A stretch of DNA of 62,610 bases, filler included, from Collodictyon triciliatum (GCA_043381765.1; 12 parts of 12 records of this genome joined end to end with filler, not necessarily neighbours in it), one strand, 5' to 3'; shown: positions 1-11,272, counted from the first letter of the whole stretch. Notes: generated by a model from the letters alone, not told the origin. Made by a program: numbers and translations.

Positions 1-105
1 TAAAAAACACAATAAAAAACACAATAAAAAACACAATAAAAAACACAATAAAAAACACAATAAAAAACACAATAAAAAACACAATAAAAAACACAATAAA
101 AAACA
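1..105. repeat. 12-bp tandem repeat (TAAAAAACACAA)n, probably intronic
   Basis: About 9 perfect copies upstream of the first DUF445 exon. Confidence 0.95.
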
Positions 106-147
106 GCTACGATCACAAAAATCAAGCCGTTAATATGCGATAAATAG

Positions 148-1936
148 CATAAAGCAAGAAATTGTCAACAAGGCCTGCGAAGATGTTCCTCCGTACGTAG
201 CTGACATCATGGAGGAAGCAAAAAGTAACTTTACAGAGGTCTTTGACATTAAAGACGTTGTAGTCAAAGCTTTGGTCGATGACAAGGTGCTTTTGCAACG
301 GCTTACCACTCTCCGCATAATTATAATATTCACAGAATGGTGTTAAATAAAGTTCTTTATGGTTTCCGCCACGCATTTATTTTGCAATTGCTTATATTCC
401 ATTATATATAAAAGGACCTCTTGAACCGTATTTTCCAAAAGTGTGGTGAAAAAGAATTTATCTTCATCGAGAGATCCGGATTTTATCTTGGAGGTCTATA
501 TCACCTGATATGATAAATTTGTAACTGTGCATTGAAGTTCAAATACACATCTCTTTCTTCAATTTTCAAGTATATATCGGCTTCATGCGAGAATACATTT
601 CTCCCACGATAAGGGGCCCAAGACTAATAGTAACTCTGCAGGTCTTTTGGGATTCATTCAAGCTGTTGTTTGGATATTTCATCGGGAAGTGTGGGTGCTT
701 CCAGTGTTTGGCCTTATCAACGGCTGGATTACAAACTATCTTGCACTTAAGGTGACCATTAAACAAATAAATAACCTGGATGATAAACACATTTATGTTT
801 TTCTTTTTTGAAATAAGTGTCTCTGAAAAAAAAAAAAACAGTGGAAAAATTTCATAATTACCAGTGGATAAATATTACTTCAGTTTTAAATTTAATACAT
901 TAATGATACCCCTCTCACTATGTACATATCTTAATTCTTCCAGATTATTTTCCTTCCCATCGAGCCCATTTACGTATGTGGGTTCAAGATTCAAGGTCTC
1001 TTCTTGAAGAGACAACAGGAAGTTGCTGACATCTATGCCCAACTTGTAGCCGCCGAGGTAAGAATTTCGCATATTTTTAAAAACTTTTTAAGTGTTAAAG
1101 CAATATATTAAAGGTGGATTACACCATATATTTTAATTTAGTGTAATGATTTTTTTTTAAACTGACGCATATATGCTGTCTTGATAACAATTACGATTAC
1201 AGTATTGAACCATATATTTTTATAAATTGAATCAGATTCTGACGCCGAAGCAAATTGTGGACGGCCTTATCTTCGGAAAGGGCAGCGATAACATGATGAA
1301 AATTGTCAGAAGACACGTTAACCGAGCTATTGACGCCGCCGGAGGCGCAGCTCGTCCATTCATCCAAATCAGCATGGGTATGCGATGTGATATGTTTTTC
1401 ATATTTTGAACCCACAGATAGTAGTTTTTATCTATGGATTTAAGTCTCCCATGCGCTCCCATCCCGCCCCTTTGTATGGCATAACCTCGCTACACTTTGA
1501 ATCGAATAAAGGAAAAAAAAATCTATGGATTTAAGTCATATATTTAAACCATTTCCGTTGCACCATATACCTAATCAGAACCAAAAGGCATTTTCCTGTG
1601 CTCATGCTTTCCAATCTTAATTTTCAATACGCTATATAAATCTTACCATCGTTATTTGCCACAGGCTCGAAGACGTATGAAAATATCAAGCGAAGAATCT
1701 GCGACAGCATCGTCGCTGACATGCCAAACTCCATGCCCTACATGCACAATGTTGTGGGAGAGTCTTTGGACATTGAGAATACGCTCCGAGAGAAAATGCA
1801 GTCGCTGAGTTTCGAGGAGTTTGAACAGGCGCTGCACCCGGTTTTTGAGGAGGATGAAATCAAGCTTATCATTGTTGGGGCTGTTCTGGGCTGTCTGGTT
1901 GGAATCGGTCAAATATTCCTCATAGATGTGATGTAA
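148..1936 (+). CDS. DUF445-family membrane protein, 5'-partial, 6 visible exons
   Basis: Spliced GT-AG exons give ...DLLNRIFQKCGEKEFIFIERSGFYLGGLLGFIQ...NGWITNYLALKIIFLPIEP...QGLFLKRQQEVA...EFEQALHPVFEEDEIKLIIVGAVLG...*; TAA ends at 1936. Confidence 0.85.
1430..1537 (+). mobile_element. 5'-truncated retroposon insertion (74 bp, 1447-1520) with a 17-bp target-site duplication, inside an intron
   Basis: ATCTATGGATTTAAGTC at 1430-1446 and 1521-1537 flanks an insert ending CACTTTGAATCGAATAAAGG-A8. Confidence 0.85.
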
Positions 1937-2414
1937 ATCAGCCTATTTCGGTTCGCTGATGTCACTTGATTCGATTCATGGCACAACCACAAAGATTTGG
2001 TCGATAAATGAGATTAAGGAGAAAAAAAGAAAAAGAAAACGATACAATTTATAATGTTAAAGGGTGTATCAAATGCCAATTGAAAGACGTCCTTTATTTA
2101 CTCACACCATTTGCAATGAAATAAACATGAAACAAGATATATATTTTTTTGTTGGCTATCGTTTTAATAATATAGTAATTAGCTTTTACATATCCCTCGA
2201 CATCATCAAATTATTTGAGCATAATCAATTAGAATACGACCTCAGCAACTATAATCTTGCCAATACGTATAACCCTGAGACACGTAATATGGATACAGCA
2301 AACAGCCAAGATGATTCGGGTTACCCAATACCTATGTTGTCGGTCTCATTTACGTCGTGTTTATTCTTTAGTTTTTTTTTATTTATTTTATTAATGGGAA
2401 GTAATCGAATCGGA

Positions 2415-3895
2415 CTACTCGTAAACAACGGGGTTTGTCAGGTGCCCAATGCCCTCTACAGAAACAGAGACAGAATCTCCGTGCTGCAGAAAGACGGGAG
2501 GTTCGCGCGTGTAGCCTACGCCCGACGGAGTTCCGGTCAGAACGACCGTGCCTTTGGCCAGTGTTGTCCCCTATGAGAAATCAAAACTTTGAATAGACGG
2601 GTTCTTGTGTCACAAACGAAAAAGACAAAGAAAGAATCGGGGCATTGGCCCTAAAAGGCGAGTTTTGTCCATATGACGGAGTGGCTACAAGGATTTCCTC
2701 CCCACTATCACTCTATCATATTTTAAAATGAATTGTCTGATAGAAAGAGCAATCGGTTCCGAAGGTAAATATAGACAACATCGCGAATCTAGCATTACGG
2801 TGAGGATATATCGCACGACATATCCACCATACACACCTGACTCAGATAGCAGATAAGCTCAGCCACGCCAAATATCATATCAGACGTGCTAGAGTCCTGC
2901 ATCAGCGTCCCGTTCAGATGGGTCCTTATGGCAAGCTCGTTCGGATTCACACGAGAGTCGGACAGGAGAAGGGCAGGACCGAGCGGACTTGTAAGAAAAA
3001 TATATGTGAATACAGACAGACTTAAATAAATACTCTGTGAATGCATGAGCCAAAGCCTTATAATGATATAGGAGGTAAACCAGAAAGAGTCAAAGCTCTT
3101 TGCTCGAGACCACTGGCCACCTCCACGCTTTCCTTGCCAACGCCGCGCAGATACATCGTTTCCCACTGTGTAACCCAAAACCGACAGCAGCGCGTCCTCA
3201 GGCGACTGCGCATTCTTTACGTCTCGGCCAAGAACAAACGCAAGCTCGGTCTCATAGTCGACTTCGAGCGGGCTTTGTGCAACACGTGGGACATAAATAG
3301 GATGGAAGGGATGCGTGACAGAGCGCGGGTTTTTCATCAGCTGAATGGGAGTTTGTGGGATGGCGTTCTTGGTCTCATGCGCGTGTTTGCGATAGTTGAG
3401 TCCGATGCAGATGACAGCTGGTGGCGGGAAGAGAGGGACGGGCGCACGCAGCTGTGCAGCTTGGATGCTTTCTGTCGCAGTCTCACCAAGCGCGTTTTCC
3501 ACCGTCTGCTGCGTTGGGAAGACCACATCAGCCGCGAGTCTCTTCACAGGGATCGACTCGGATGCACTTGTGCCTGGAGAAAGATATAGCATAAACATCT
3601 GATTGGCGGGTGCTTGTCAGGGGCTGCGTTGGGGAAGTGCACTTTTTTCTCTCTTTTGTTTGACAGGTTGGACTATTGGGCGTTTTGCCCCAAAGGAAGC
3701 GCGTCTGGGAAGTTGGTGATCGAAGCACAAACCAGCGCCGAGTGAGGCAGAGTCGCAGAGAACAGCCCAGCAAGCCGAGACCAGCGAGTCATGCGGCTGG
3801 AAGCGAACCAAGCGTGTTTGACAGACGCCGGACAAAGAGAGGTGGCGAGTAATTACTCCGTGGGGCTTGAGAGTGCGGCAATAAAGAGAAAACAT
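2415..3895 (-). CDS. Fumarylacetoacetate hydrolase-family protein (FAHD2-like), probably with a mitochondrial presequence, 4 exons
   Basis: Motifs [65 protein letters not shown]; Arg/Ser/Leu-rich N-terminus; TAG at 2415-2417. Confidence 0.92.
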
Positions 3896-4011
3896 GTGCT
3901 AGTATGCATGTGCGTTTGTGTGAGTTTGTTGTTTGGCGGGTGTAATAGAGTTTGTTTATTCTGTCTGATGTCTAAATGATGTCTCTGCCTGGCTGCTTCT
4001 ACGCGGCCTTC

Positions 4012-5166
4012 TTACTTGGCACCCAGAATGCCGTTCTCCCGCATCCATTGCACAGAGTCATGGATGGCGTCGGCTGCGCGAACTGGGACGTAGCCAAGGT
4101 CTCTTTGGGCCTTCGTGGATTGGTACCTAGAAAGGGTTGTTTGGCCCCTCGTCAAATAGCGTTCGAAACAAAGGGAAACACAAAAGAACAAGCAATTGAA
4201 TACTGGAAAAGAAGGCTTGGTATACGTGGATGTGAGGCTTCAACAACACGATTTGTTATGATTATCATTCTCATCAAAGCTTGAATTAACTAAACATATA
4301 AAAGAAATCCAAGAATTGCTGATTAAAATTGAAAAGAGAGAGAAAAAGGGGTTAATTACCACCAATAGCAGCAAGCAACGCATGTCTTTTCTCGGCCAAA
4401 GCCGCGAATCCCAAAGAGTTCACCAATGAATCCCACGAGTCTCACCACAAAGTCAGGCATTCGGAAAGATGGGGGCTGGGCATGTAGTATGTTTTCATAT
4501 TAGATGAGTGGGCCAAAATCAGTAGGTGTCATAGGTGGTTGCTCATGATTACTTCTGTGCTGCTTTCATGTGTATTATCAAACAGGGGCCCGGACGTATC
4601 CTTGTACGTGCGATAGTGAAGAACTTACCGGTACGTTGGCTTCTTTTGCAATCATGCAGAATAGTTGGTAAAGGGTGATGTTTTCTCCAGCAAGAATATA
4701 CCTTTCATTGGCCTTGCTATGTATGTCCAGAGATTAGGGATCCCCCATAAATCCATTTTCTTTCAATATAGATTGTGCCACAGCGATTCAAATATCAGTT
4801 AGAGTAGAGCCGGTATACCCCTTTAAATAAGCCTGCAGTATAGCTTCAACAGTGGAGTCTATACCAGCCACACTTACACCTCCGTTAGTGTAAAGAGGAA
4901 ATCTTCCTACGAGATTGAATGATATCGGTCTAACAAGTAACGATATCGCAATCAAAAGGACCGCTCCTTACTAATCAAGGACACTTATTATATCGAGTAT
5001 AAGATGTAGTTACAATATAGCACTTTCAGAACCTCTAGCTATCTTAATCTGTGTGGATCTTGAGTCCTTGAGGGCATCACCCGCTCCATATATTGTGGAT
5101 GGGCATAATATGACGACTCGAAGGCGGCCTGATTTACCAGCTTCTAAGACAATCTTTTCTGCTTCT
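4012..5166 (-). CDS. NAD-dependent epimerase/dehydratase (dihydroflavonol-reductase/HpnA-like SDR), 5'-partial, 5 visible exons
   Basis: Spliced EAEKIVLEA...VVILCPSTIYGAGD...GRFPLYTNGGVSV...NERYILAGENITL...YQSTKAQRDLGYVP...AIHDSVQWMRENGILGAK*; not in the ORF track. Confidence 0.85.
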
Positions 5167-5185
5167 CTAATAATTGGTGAAAACA

Positions 5186-5284
5186 AGATAATACAAGAGA
5201 TAATACAAGAGATAATACAAGAGATAATACAAGAGATAATACAAGAGATAATACAAGAGATAATACAAGAGATAATACAAGAGA
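5186..5284. repeat. 12-bp tandem repeat (GAGATAATACAA)n at the contig end
   Basis: About 8 copies; intronic in the epimerase gene. Confidence 0.95.
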
Positions 5285-5384
5285 NNNNNNNNNNNNNNNN
5301 NNNNNNNNNNNNNNNNNNNNNNNNNNNNTTAATTAATTAANNNNNNNNNNNNNNNNNNNNNNNNNNNNNNNNNNNNNNNNNNNN
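5285..5384. other. Artificial contig-joining linker (44 N + TTAATTAATTAA + 44 N). The same linker recurs at 10668, 16054, 21434, 26815, 32210, 37584, 42958, 48329, 53698 and 59067
   Basis: Identical 100-bp spacer with stops in all six frames, about every 5.38 kb; genes are cut at each one. Confidence 0.98.
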
Positions 5385-5960
5385 CTTTGTCATAAGTAAC
5401 GAGTGCATCATTCATGCATATTCCTCCAGGCTTTGTCCAGTTGACTTTGATTGGGGTGAAGTATTCGCTGCAGGCTTCGAAAATGTCAATCCGGCTGACC
5501 CCCAGCGGTATGTTAGACAGGTGCGCAACCTTTGTGACAGTTTTTGCTGGCATGAAAGTGTATTGGTGGTTGAGGAGCTGTAAAGACTCCTCCTTAATGA
5601 AGGCAGCTGCGTTTCTTTTCTTGGGAAGGCGATTCTGAGTCCGAGGGCAGGGCTGTCCACTATTAGATTCACATCCTTCTCGTAGCACTTTCGGGCTTCC
5701 ATTACAGCACGCAGTTGCTTGCACATATTCCTACGGTTTGCGAAAGAGAGAACGAGTCTTTGCTTTCCCCGAAGGCGGACAAAGCTGTCTTCGTCTTTGA
5801 AGAGTTCTTTCTCAATCGCAATTCTAAATCGTGGTACGTCAGCCACAAATGATCGATCGGGAGGTTCCGTTTCCCGATGCAAGCTCGACCGCGCACGAGG
5901 CTGACGGGCGCTGTCAAAATCATGGTCTCGTATATATTTTGCACTTTTTAACGGAACCAT
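5385..5960 (-). pseudogene. Frameshifted RRM-type ORF resembling ORF1 of a non-LTR retrotransposon, 3'-truncated by the contig end
   Basis: ATG at 5960 just after a long A tract. Adding one A near 5612 joins two ORF-track frames into GLRIAFPRKENAAAFIKEE...PAKTVTKVAHLSNIPLGVSRIDIFEACSEY; no introns. Confidence 0.45.
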
Positions 5961-5961
5961 A

Positions 5962-6002
<41 letters not shown>

Positions 6003-6302
6003 AATACACTCAATCATTCAAAAATGAAAATATTAATATTACAATTTATACTTTACAGGATAGCTTAATTAGCACGATTCCTTAAAATGATTAAATACAT
6101 GTCTAACTATCACTTCAACGTTTTCATAGTTTTGTATAATAATTTAATTGTATTTGCGCAGACTTTACATATTCTTTCAAAAGTGGCCACGAAAGAGTCT
6201 TAATGACATTTTATTTCAGGAGCAAATGAATATTAAAAAATGGTTGAAAAATGAGAGGAAAGTTGAAAGAGAATGAAGTAGCTTGAAAAGAATGAGAAAA
6301 AA

Positions 6303-9300
6303 TTAAAACTCTTCGACTACTTTCTGATTAGCAATATCATGCATTTCCACATCCTTGCGAAGTCTCATGCCCATAATTTTTCTGACAAAAAAATTCGAAA
6401 CCCAATTATAAACAACCAAATTCCAAATAGAGTTGAGGAAGGACAGAAATTGTGTTAGTAACAGCCTCACAACAACAGGTCCAGCCTTTGAAAGAAAAAC
6501 AATGCCTATTCCGCCGTTTAGAATGACAACCAAAAGCACCAACACAACTTCGGTTTTTTGGTTCAAATTGTTGTATCTGAAAAGCAGACTCAGCATCAAG
6601 GTGAAATAGAGAATCATGAGGGATTGCAACTGTGACTTTTTTAGCACATTTGATATGAATGGCCTGAAATAAATGGTCGAAGCAATCATCAGAAACAGCA
6701 GCCACAAGCCAAAGTATATTTGTAGCGAAGCAGGAAAGAACGTGCTTATCATTACAATGACTAACTTTTGCATCATCAAGACTACCTCCCAGTATTGACA
6801 CTTTTCAGTATATCCATCAATCAAGAATCTGAATAGCGCGTATGTTTTCGAAGTAGGATTCGCCAGTGCTCTACTTTTGCGAATGATTCTGACCAAAAAA
6901 AAAAACGGTCCGCCGATACAATAGGCAAAAAGGAAAACAAAAGAAATGTTTCTCCAGAATTGGTAAGTTTCATCTTCGCATAATATTGACATATCAGCCT
7001 TCAAATATCTTATATCCCCGAGTTTTTCGCAAGGAAATATTTGTGCAATGCCTGATGTGATTGAAGGATGGACAAAGAATAGCATGACCAGCATCGAGTA
7101 CATGATTTCTTCCCGAAAATGGTCAAATGTAAAATTGCTTCTTGAAATCTCATTTTTGTAAAGTCTCCTTAATTCTTTCATCAAAACGAAAATCAACATT
7201 ATTAAAGTCAATATTATAGGACTCAACATCGTAAACAATAATCTTTCGTAAATCGATAGTTCGAGTTGGCATTCAATTGGGTAGCTGTCTATTGAAAGAG
7301 AAAATGAAAACAGGGCTGGGATTTGCATAGCTGAAATTATGATTGAGCTCCATTTTACATCAAAGTTCGCCAAGTATGACAAAACTTGGAAATGTGTGGA
7401 GAGCGATTTCAGAATTTGAATGTTTCCTGTTCTCGTCTGTCTTGATTGTTCTGTCATGAAGAAAACAAAGGAAAGTGGAATAACAAAGCTCAGCAATATC
7501 AAGAATATGTTTACTCCTTTTGGTGGGCATTTAGTGCAGTAATAACCGGTTTTTCCGTACCCATTGTTGCAAACACTACATAAAGGACCAGTGTATTCAC
7601 CAGAACAAGTTTTGTTTCCTCCGTTACATGCGTTCTCATTCAAACATTTGTAAGCGACATATTCTCCATTTGAGCTTTGAGCTTGCCAATATCCAGGTGC
7701 AACAGAAGGCTGACTGGTTCCTTCACACTCAAACCCTTCTGGACAAGACTTGCATTGTTTGGTCTTCGAGTCGAGGTATGTGTTTGAAATGCACTTGCAA
7801 TCTTCAACTGATTTAGAGCCTGTCATGTTTGCGTATGAATTTATTGGACAATCTTTGCATAGGGTTTGTCCGTAGTTTTCATTGTAAGAGCCCTTAAAAC
7901 ATTCGTAGCATTCTTTTTGCTTTTCATACCAACCGGGTTTGCATTCACAAGTGGAGTTTCTCAATTCAAACCCTGTTTTGCATTCGCAATCGGTTGAAGT
8001 AATCGAGCCATTATTTTTTGTTGTAAATTTATCTCCGCATGAAAGGCAGAAATTTGTGTCGTTTGTTGATTTGTATGAGCCAAGTCTGCATGGAACACAT
8101 TTATTTCCATCCTCAAAATTTCCCGGGGGACATGTGCAAATGCCATCATATGACACATAGGAATCTAAGCACTTGCAATCACCTATTGATTTGGAGCCTT
8201 CTTTTATTGTGGTTGAGCGCGTAGGACATAGGTTGCATGATGCACTTCTTTCTGAGCTATAGCTTCCATTTGGACATGAAATGCATGATGATTGATTGGA
8301 TGAACCAGATATATTGTTGAATGTGCCAGCTGGACATGATGTGCATGATGCTTGGCCCTCTTTATCATTCCAAGTACCTTGTGGACAATTAATACATGAA
8401 ATGCTGCTATATGAGCCGGATTTTGAGTTGAATGTGCCTTTTGGACAAGCATAGCACGAACTTGAGTCTTTTGTGATTCCTTCTTTTTGATAGTATCCTG
8501 ATGAGCATAAGTTGCATGATGCACTTCTTTCTGAGTTAAAGCTTCCATTTGGACACGAAATGCATGATGATTGGTTATATGAGCCAGTTTTATTGTTGAA
8601 TGTGCCAGCTGGACACGATGTGCATGATGCTTGACCATCCTTATCATTCCAAGTACCTTGTGGACACTCGATACATGACGTGTTCCCATATGAGCCGGAG
8701 TTTGAGTTGAATGTGCCTCTTGGACAAGCGTAGCACGATTTTGCGTCTTTTATGATTCCTTCTTTTTGATAGAATCCTGGCGAGCACAAACTGCATGATG
8801 CACTTCTTTCTGAGTTAAAGCTTCCATTTGGACACGAAATACATGACGATTCATTGAATGAGCCAGTTTTATTGTTGAATGTGCCAGCTGAACACGATGT
8901 GCATGATGCTTGACCATCCTTATCATTCCAAGTACCTTGTGGACACTCGATACATGATTTATTGCCATATGAGCCAGAGTTCGAGTTGTATGCGCCTTTT
9001 GGACAAGCATAGCACGATTTTGCGTCTTTTATGATTCCTTCTTTTTGATAGCATCCTGGCGAGCACAAACTGCATGATGCACTTCTTTCTGAGCTGTAGC
9101 TTCCACTTGGACACGAAAAGCATGATGATTGATGAAATGAGCCTGTTTTGTTGTTGAATGTACCAGCTGGGCATGATATGCATGACGCCTGACCATCTTT
9201 ATCATTCCAAGTACCTTGTGGACATTCAATGCATGATTTGTATCCATATGAACCAGAGTTTGAGTTGAATGCGCCTTTTGGACAAGCATAGCACGATTTT

Positions 9301-10667
9301 GCGTCTTTTATGATTCCTTCTTTTTGATAGAATCCTGATAAGCATAAGTTGCATGATGAGCTTCTTTCTGAGCTGTAGCTTCCGTTTGGACACGAAAAGC
9401 ATGATGATTGATGAAATGAGCCTGTTTTGTTGTTGAATGTACCCGCTGGACATGATGTGCATGATGCTTGACCATCTCTATCATTCCAAGTACCTTGCGG
9501 ACATTCAATACATGATTTGTTTCCATATGAGCCAGAGTTTGAGTTGAATGTGCCTTTTGGGCAAGCGTAGCATGATTGTGAGTCTTTCGTAATTCCTTCT
9601 TTTTGATAAAATCCTGATAAGCATAAGCTGCATGATGCACTTCTCTCTGAGTTAAAGCTTCCATTTGGACACGAAATGCATGATGATTGGTTATATGAGC
9701 CAGTTTTATTGTTGAATGTGCCAGCTGGACACGATGTGCATGACGCCTGACCATCCTTATCATTCCAAGTCCCTTGTGGACACTCGATACATGATTTATT
9801 GCCATATGAGCCGGAGTTTGAGTTGTATGCGCCTTTTGGACAAGCATAGCATGAGCTTGAGTCTTTTATGATTCCTTCTTTTTGATAGAATCCTGGCGAG
9901 CACAAACTGCATGATGCACTTCTTTCTGAGCTGTAGCTTCCGTCTGGACATGAAATACATGATGATTGATTGTATGAGCCAGTTTTGTTGTTGAATGTAC
10001 CAGCTGGACACGATGTGCATGATGCTTGGCCATCTCTATCGTTCCAAGTGCCTTGTGGACATCCAATGCATGATTTGTTTCCATATGAGCCGGAGTTTGA
10101 GTTGAATGCGCCTTTTGGACAAGCATAGCATGATTCGGAGTCTTTTGTGATTTCTTCTTTTTGATAGAATCCTGATAAACATGAGCTGCATGAAGAGCTT
10201 CCGGCTGAGCTGTAGCTTCCATTTGGACATGTAATACATGACGATTCATTGAATGAACCAGTTCTATTGTTGAATGTACCAGCTGGGCATGATATGCATG
10301 ACGCCTGACCATCTTTATCATTCCAAGTACCTTGTGGACATTCAATACATGATTTATTGCCATATGAACCAGAGTTTGAGTTGAATGTGCCTTTTGGACA
10401 AGCATAGCATGATTGTGAGTCTTTTGTGATTCCTTCTTTTTGATAGTATCCTGATGAGCATAAGTTGCATGATGAGCTTCTTTCTGAGTTAAAGCTTCCA
10501 TTTGGACACGAAATGCATGATGATTGGTTATATGAGCCAGTTTTATTGTTGAATGTGCCAGCTGGACACGATGTGCATGATGCTTGGCCATCCTTGTCAT
10601 TCCAAGTGCCTTGTGGACATTCAATACATGATTTATTTCCATATGAGCCAGAGTTTGAGTTGAATGT
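6303..10667 (-). CDS. Large Cys-rich surface/receptor-like protein: ephrin-receptor-like (GCC2/GCC3-type) tandem repeats plus a C-terminal domain with about 9 TM segments; intronless, 5'-partial
   Basis: The frame appears open to the contig edge (1455 codons), beyond the ORF-track start. CxxCPxGT(W/F)N repeats, many N-x-S/T sites, YxGPLCSVC motif, then hydrophobic helices with YLKADMSILC and YWEVV. Confidence 0.9.
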   Translation of the reverse strand, partial: TFNSNSGSYGNKSCIECPQGTWNDKDGQASCTSCPAGTFNNKTGSYNQSSCISCPNGSFNSERSSSCNLCSSGYYQKEGITKDSQSCYACPKGTFNSNSGSYGNKSCIECPQGTWNDKDGQASCISCPAGTFNNRTGSFNESSCITCPNGSYSSAGSSSCSSCLSGFYQKEEITKDSESCYACPKGAFNSNSGSYGNKSCIGCPQGTWNDRDGQASCTSCPAGTFNNKTGSYNQSSCISCPDGSYSSERSASCSLCSPGFYQKEGIIKDSSSCYACPKGAYNSNSGSYGNKSCIECPQGTWNDKDGQASCTSCPAGTFNNKTGSYNQSSCISCPNGSFNSERSASCSLCLSGFYQKEGITKDSQSCYACPKGTFNSNSGSYGNKSCIECPQGTWNDRDGQASCTSCPAGTFNNKTGSFHQSSCFSCPNGSYSSERSSSCNLCLSGFYQKEGIIKDAKSCYACPKGAFNSNSGSYGYKSCIECPQGTWNDKDGQASCISCPAGTFNNKTGSFHQSSCFSCPSGSYSSERSASCSLCSPGCYQKEGIIKDAKSCYACPKGAYNSNSGSYGNKSCIECPQGTWNDKDGQASCTSCSAGTFNNKTGSFNESSCISCPNGSFNSERSASCSLCSPGFYQKEGIIKDAKSCYACPRGTFNSNSGSYGNTSCIECPQGTWNDKDGQASCTSCPAGTFNNKTGSYNQSSCISCPNGSFNSERSASCNLCSSGYYQKEGITKDSSSCYACPKGTFNSKSGSYSSISCINCPQGTWNDKEGQASCTSCPAGTFNNISGSSNQSSCISCPNGSYSSERSASCNLCPTRSTTIKEGSKSIGDCKCLDSYVSYDGICTCPPGNFEDGNKCVPCRLGSYKSTNDTNFCLSCGDKFTTKNNGSITSTDCECKTGFELRNSTCECKPGWYEKQKECYECFKGSYNENYGQTLCKDCPINSYANMTGSKSVEDCKCISNTYLDSKTKQCKSCPEGFECEGTSQPSVAPGYWQAQSSNGEYVAYKCLNENACNGGNKTCSGEYTGPLCSVCNNGYGKTGYYCTKCPPKGVNIFLILLSFVIPLSFVFFMTEQSRQTRTGNIQILKSLSTHFQVLSYLANFDVKWSSIIISAMQIPALFSFSLSIDSYPIECQLELSIYERLLFTMLSPIILTLIMLIFVLMKELRRLYKNEISRSNFTFDHFREEIMYSMLVMLFFVHPSITSGIAQIFPCEKLGDIRYLKADMSILCEDETYQFWRNISFVFLFAYCIGGPFFFLVRIIRKSRALANPTSKTYALFRFLIDGYTEKCQYWEVVLMMQKLVIVMISTFFPASLQIYFGLWLLFLMIASTIYFRPFISNVLKKSQLQSLMILYFTLMLSLLFRYNNLNQKTEVVLVLLVVILNGGIGIVFLSKAGPVVVRLLLTQFLSFLNSIWNLVVYNWVSNFFVRKIMGMRLRKDVEMHDIANQKVVEEF
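8220..10667 (-). repeat. Coding tandem repeat, 279-bp (93-aa) unit, about 9 copies
   Basis: The marker TTTTTGATA recurs at 279-bp spacing (about 8484, 8763, 9042, 9321, 9600, 9879, 10158, 10437). Confidence 0.93.
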
Positions 10668-10768
10668 NNNNNNNNNNNNNNNNNNNNNNNNNNNNNNNNN
10701 NNNNNNNNNNNTTAATTAATTAANNNNNNNNNNNNNNNNNNNNNNNNNNNNNNNNNNNNNNNNNNNNC

Positions 10769-10993
10769 ACGCCCTTTGCAAACAACTACCGGCCGCAGTT
10801 CTACTTCCGCACGGCAGATGTCACCGGGTCCATGGCCCTGCCCGAGGGCGTCGACGTCATCCAGCCCGGCACAAACATCAAGCTCACCGTCGATCTGCTC
10901 CACGCCGTCTGCATGCACGAGGGCCTGCGCTTTGCCATCCGCGAGGGCGGCCGCACCGTGGGCCACGGCGTCGTCTCAAAGATCCTCCAATAA
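10769..10993 (+). CDS. tufA: Elongation factor Tu, C-terminal 74 aa (nucleus-encoded organellar, probably mitochondrial)
   Basis: [20 protein letters not shown]...[24 protein letters not shown]; on the same contig as intron-rich KIN17. Confidence 0.93.
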   Translation, partial: TPFANNYRPQFYFRTADVTGSMALPEGVDVIQPGTNIKLTVDLLHAVCMHEGLRFAIREGGRTVGHGVVSKILQ

Positions 10994-11272
10994 AACCACA
11001 CACATACACATACCACTTACACATGCACATCGTGCTCCCTCGTCACACTCACATAACTCAATCATAATCACACATCATAATCATAATCACACATCATAAT
11101 CACAATCACACATCATAATCACAATCACACATCACAATCACACACCATAATCACACATCAATCACAAATCGCACATCGCATATCACAATCATCTGTCCAT
11201 TTTGTCAGAATCTTCGATTTATTCCAGAGCCCAACCGCGGGCTCGCACAAGTCGTGGAGGCGGCCCTCCCTT

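Noticed and set aside
3041-3589. 182-aa plus-strand ORF, and the 275/282-aa ORFs at 34412-35417
   Set aside because: Antisense shadows of GC-rich coding sequence
7961-10642. His-rich repeated ORFs (HHAHRVQLAH...) in alternative frames
   Set aside because: Shadow frames of the Cys-rich 279-bp coding repeat
10769-10993. EF-Tu as bacterial contamination
   Set aside because: Contiguous with a microsatellite-like 3' flank and the spliced KIN17 gene; best read as a nuclear gene for an organellar factor
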